Part shown: piece after piece, positions 63,773 to 64,000 of the stretch
How the letters are laid out: every line of letters begins with the position of its first letter
Numbering within the stretch: the stretch's first letter is position 1
Origin: Octopus vulgaris
Taxonomy: Eukaryota
Direction of reading: 5' to 3'
Assembly (NCBI GenBank): GCA_951406725.2
Contig: OX597820.1
Span: 12,896,001-12,960,000 of the forward strand
Length of the DNA: 64,000 nt
The notes under the pieces: generated by a model
The model's database searches: none
What the model was told of the DNA's origin: nothing
Seen by the model: the letters and a program-made list of their open reading frames with translations, nothing else
Position numbers and translations under genes: made by a program

Positions 63773-64000
63773 GTTAGCAAAGCTACTTACCACACAGCCA
63801 CTCCTGCGCCTTTATATGTATATAAAGTACATAGACATAATTCAAATACATGTTTTGTGTAGCTTATTTCCTAACCAAAAATCAGGTGCACATTATAAAC
63901 AATGAAAGGCCGATTTTAGTGATTCATTTGAACGAGGTACTAGAGAGCCAATCCGATGATAAATCTGACATTGGATCTTGGAAGTTTGCATGAATCCTGG

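Overview
AT-rich, microsatellite-laden eukaryotic non-coding DNA. The SINE repertoire suggests a cephalopod, most likely Octopus (inference, not checked against a database). I found no supportable host protein-coding exon; nearly all ORF-track entries are microsatellite or repeat read-outs. Interspersed repeats are three tRNA-derived SINE families, non-autonomous Helitrons, Tc1/mariner, rosa (DD41D) and hAT relics, L1/Tx1-, RTE- and CR1-like LINE fragments, and a cluster of Penelope-like elements (PLEs) at ~29-35.5 kb. Four things stand out. (1) About ten minimal type I hammerhead ribozyme motifs from several unrelated repeat families, two with a compensatory U3-A8 core (UUGAAAA); one sits in a non-coding 363-nt retrozyme-like unit with inverted and direct terminal repeats. 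(2) A tRNA-Asp(GUC) with a 5-nt leader fused to a MetaSINE, inside one 16-bp target-site duplication. (3) A complete, TSD-flanked 2.17-kb ORF1-only (HAL1-like) retroelement inserted in a SINE. (4) A 4.3-kb palindromic Neptune-type PLE. Coordinates were read by eye; those of degenerate repeats are approximate.
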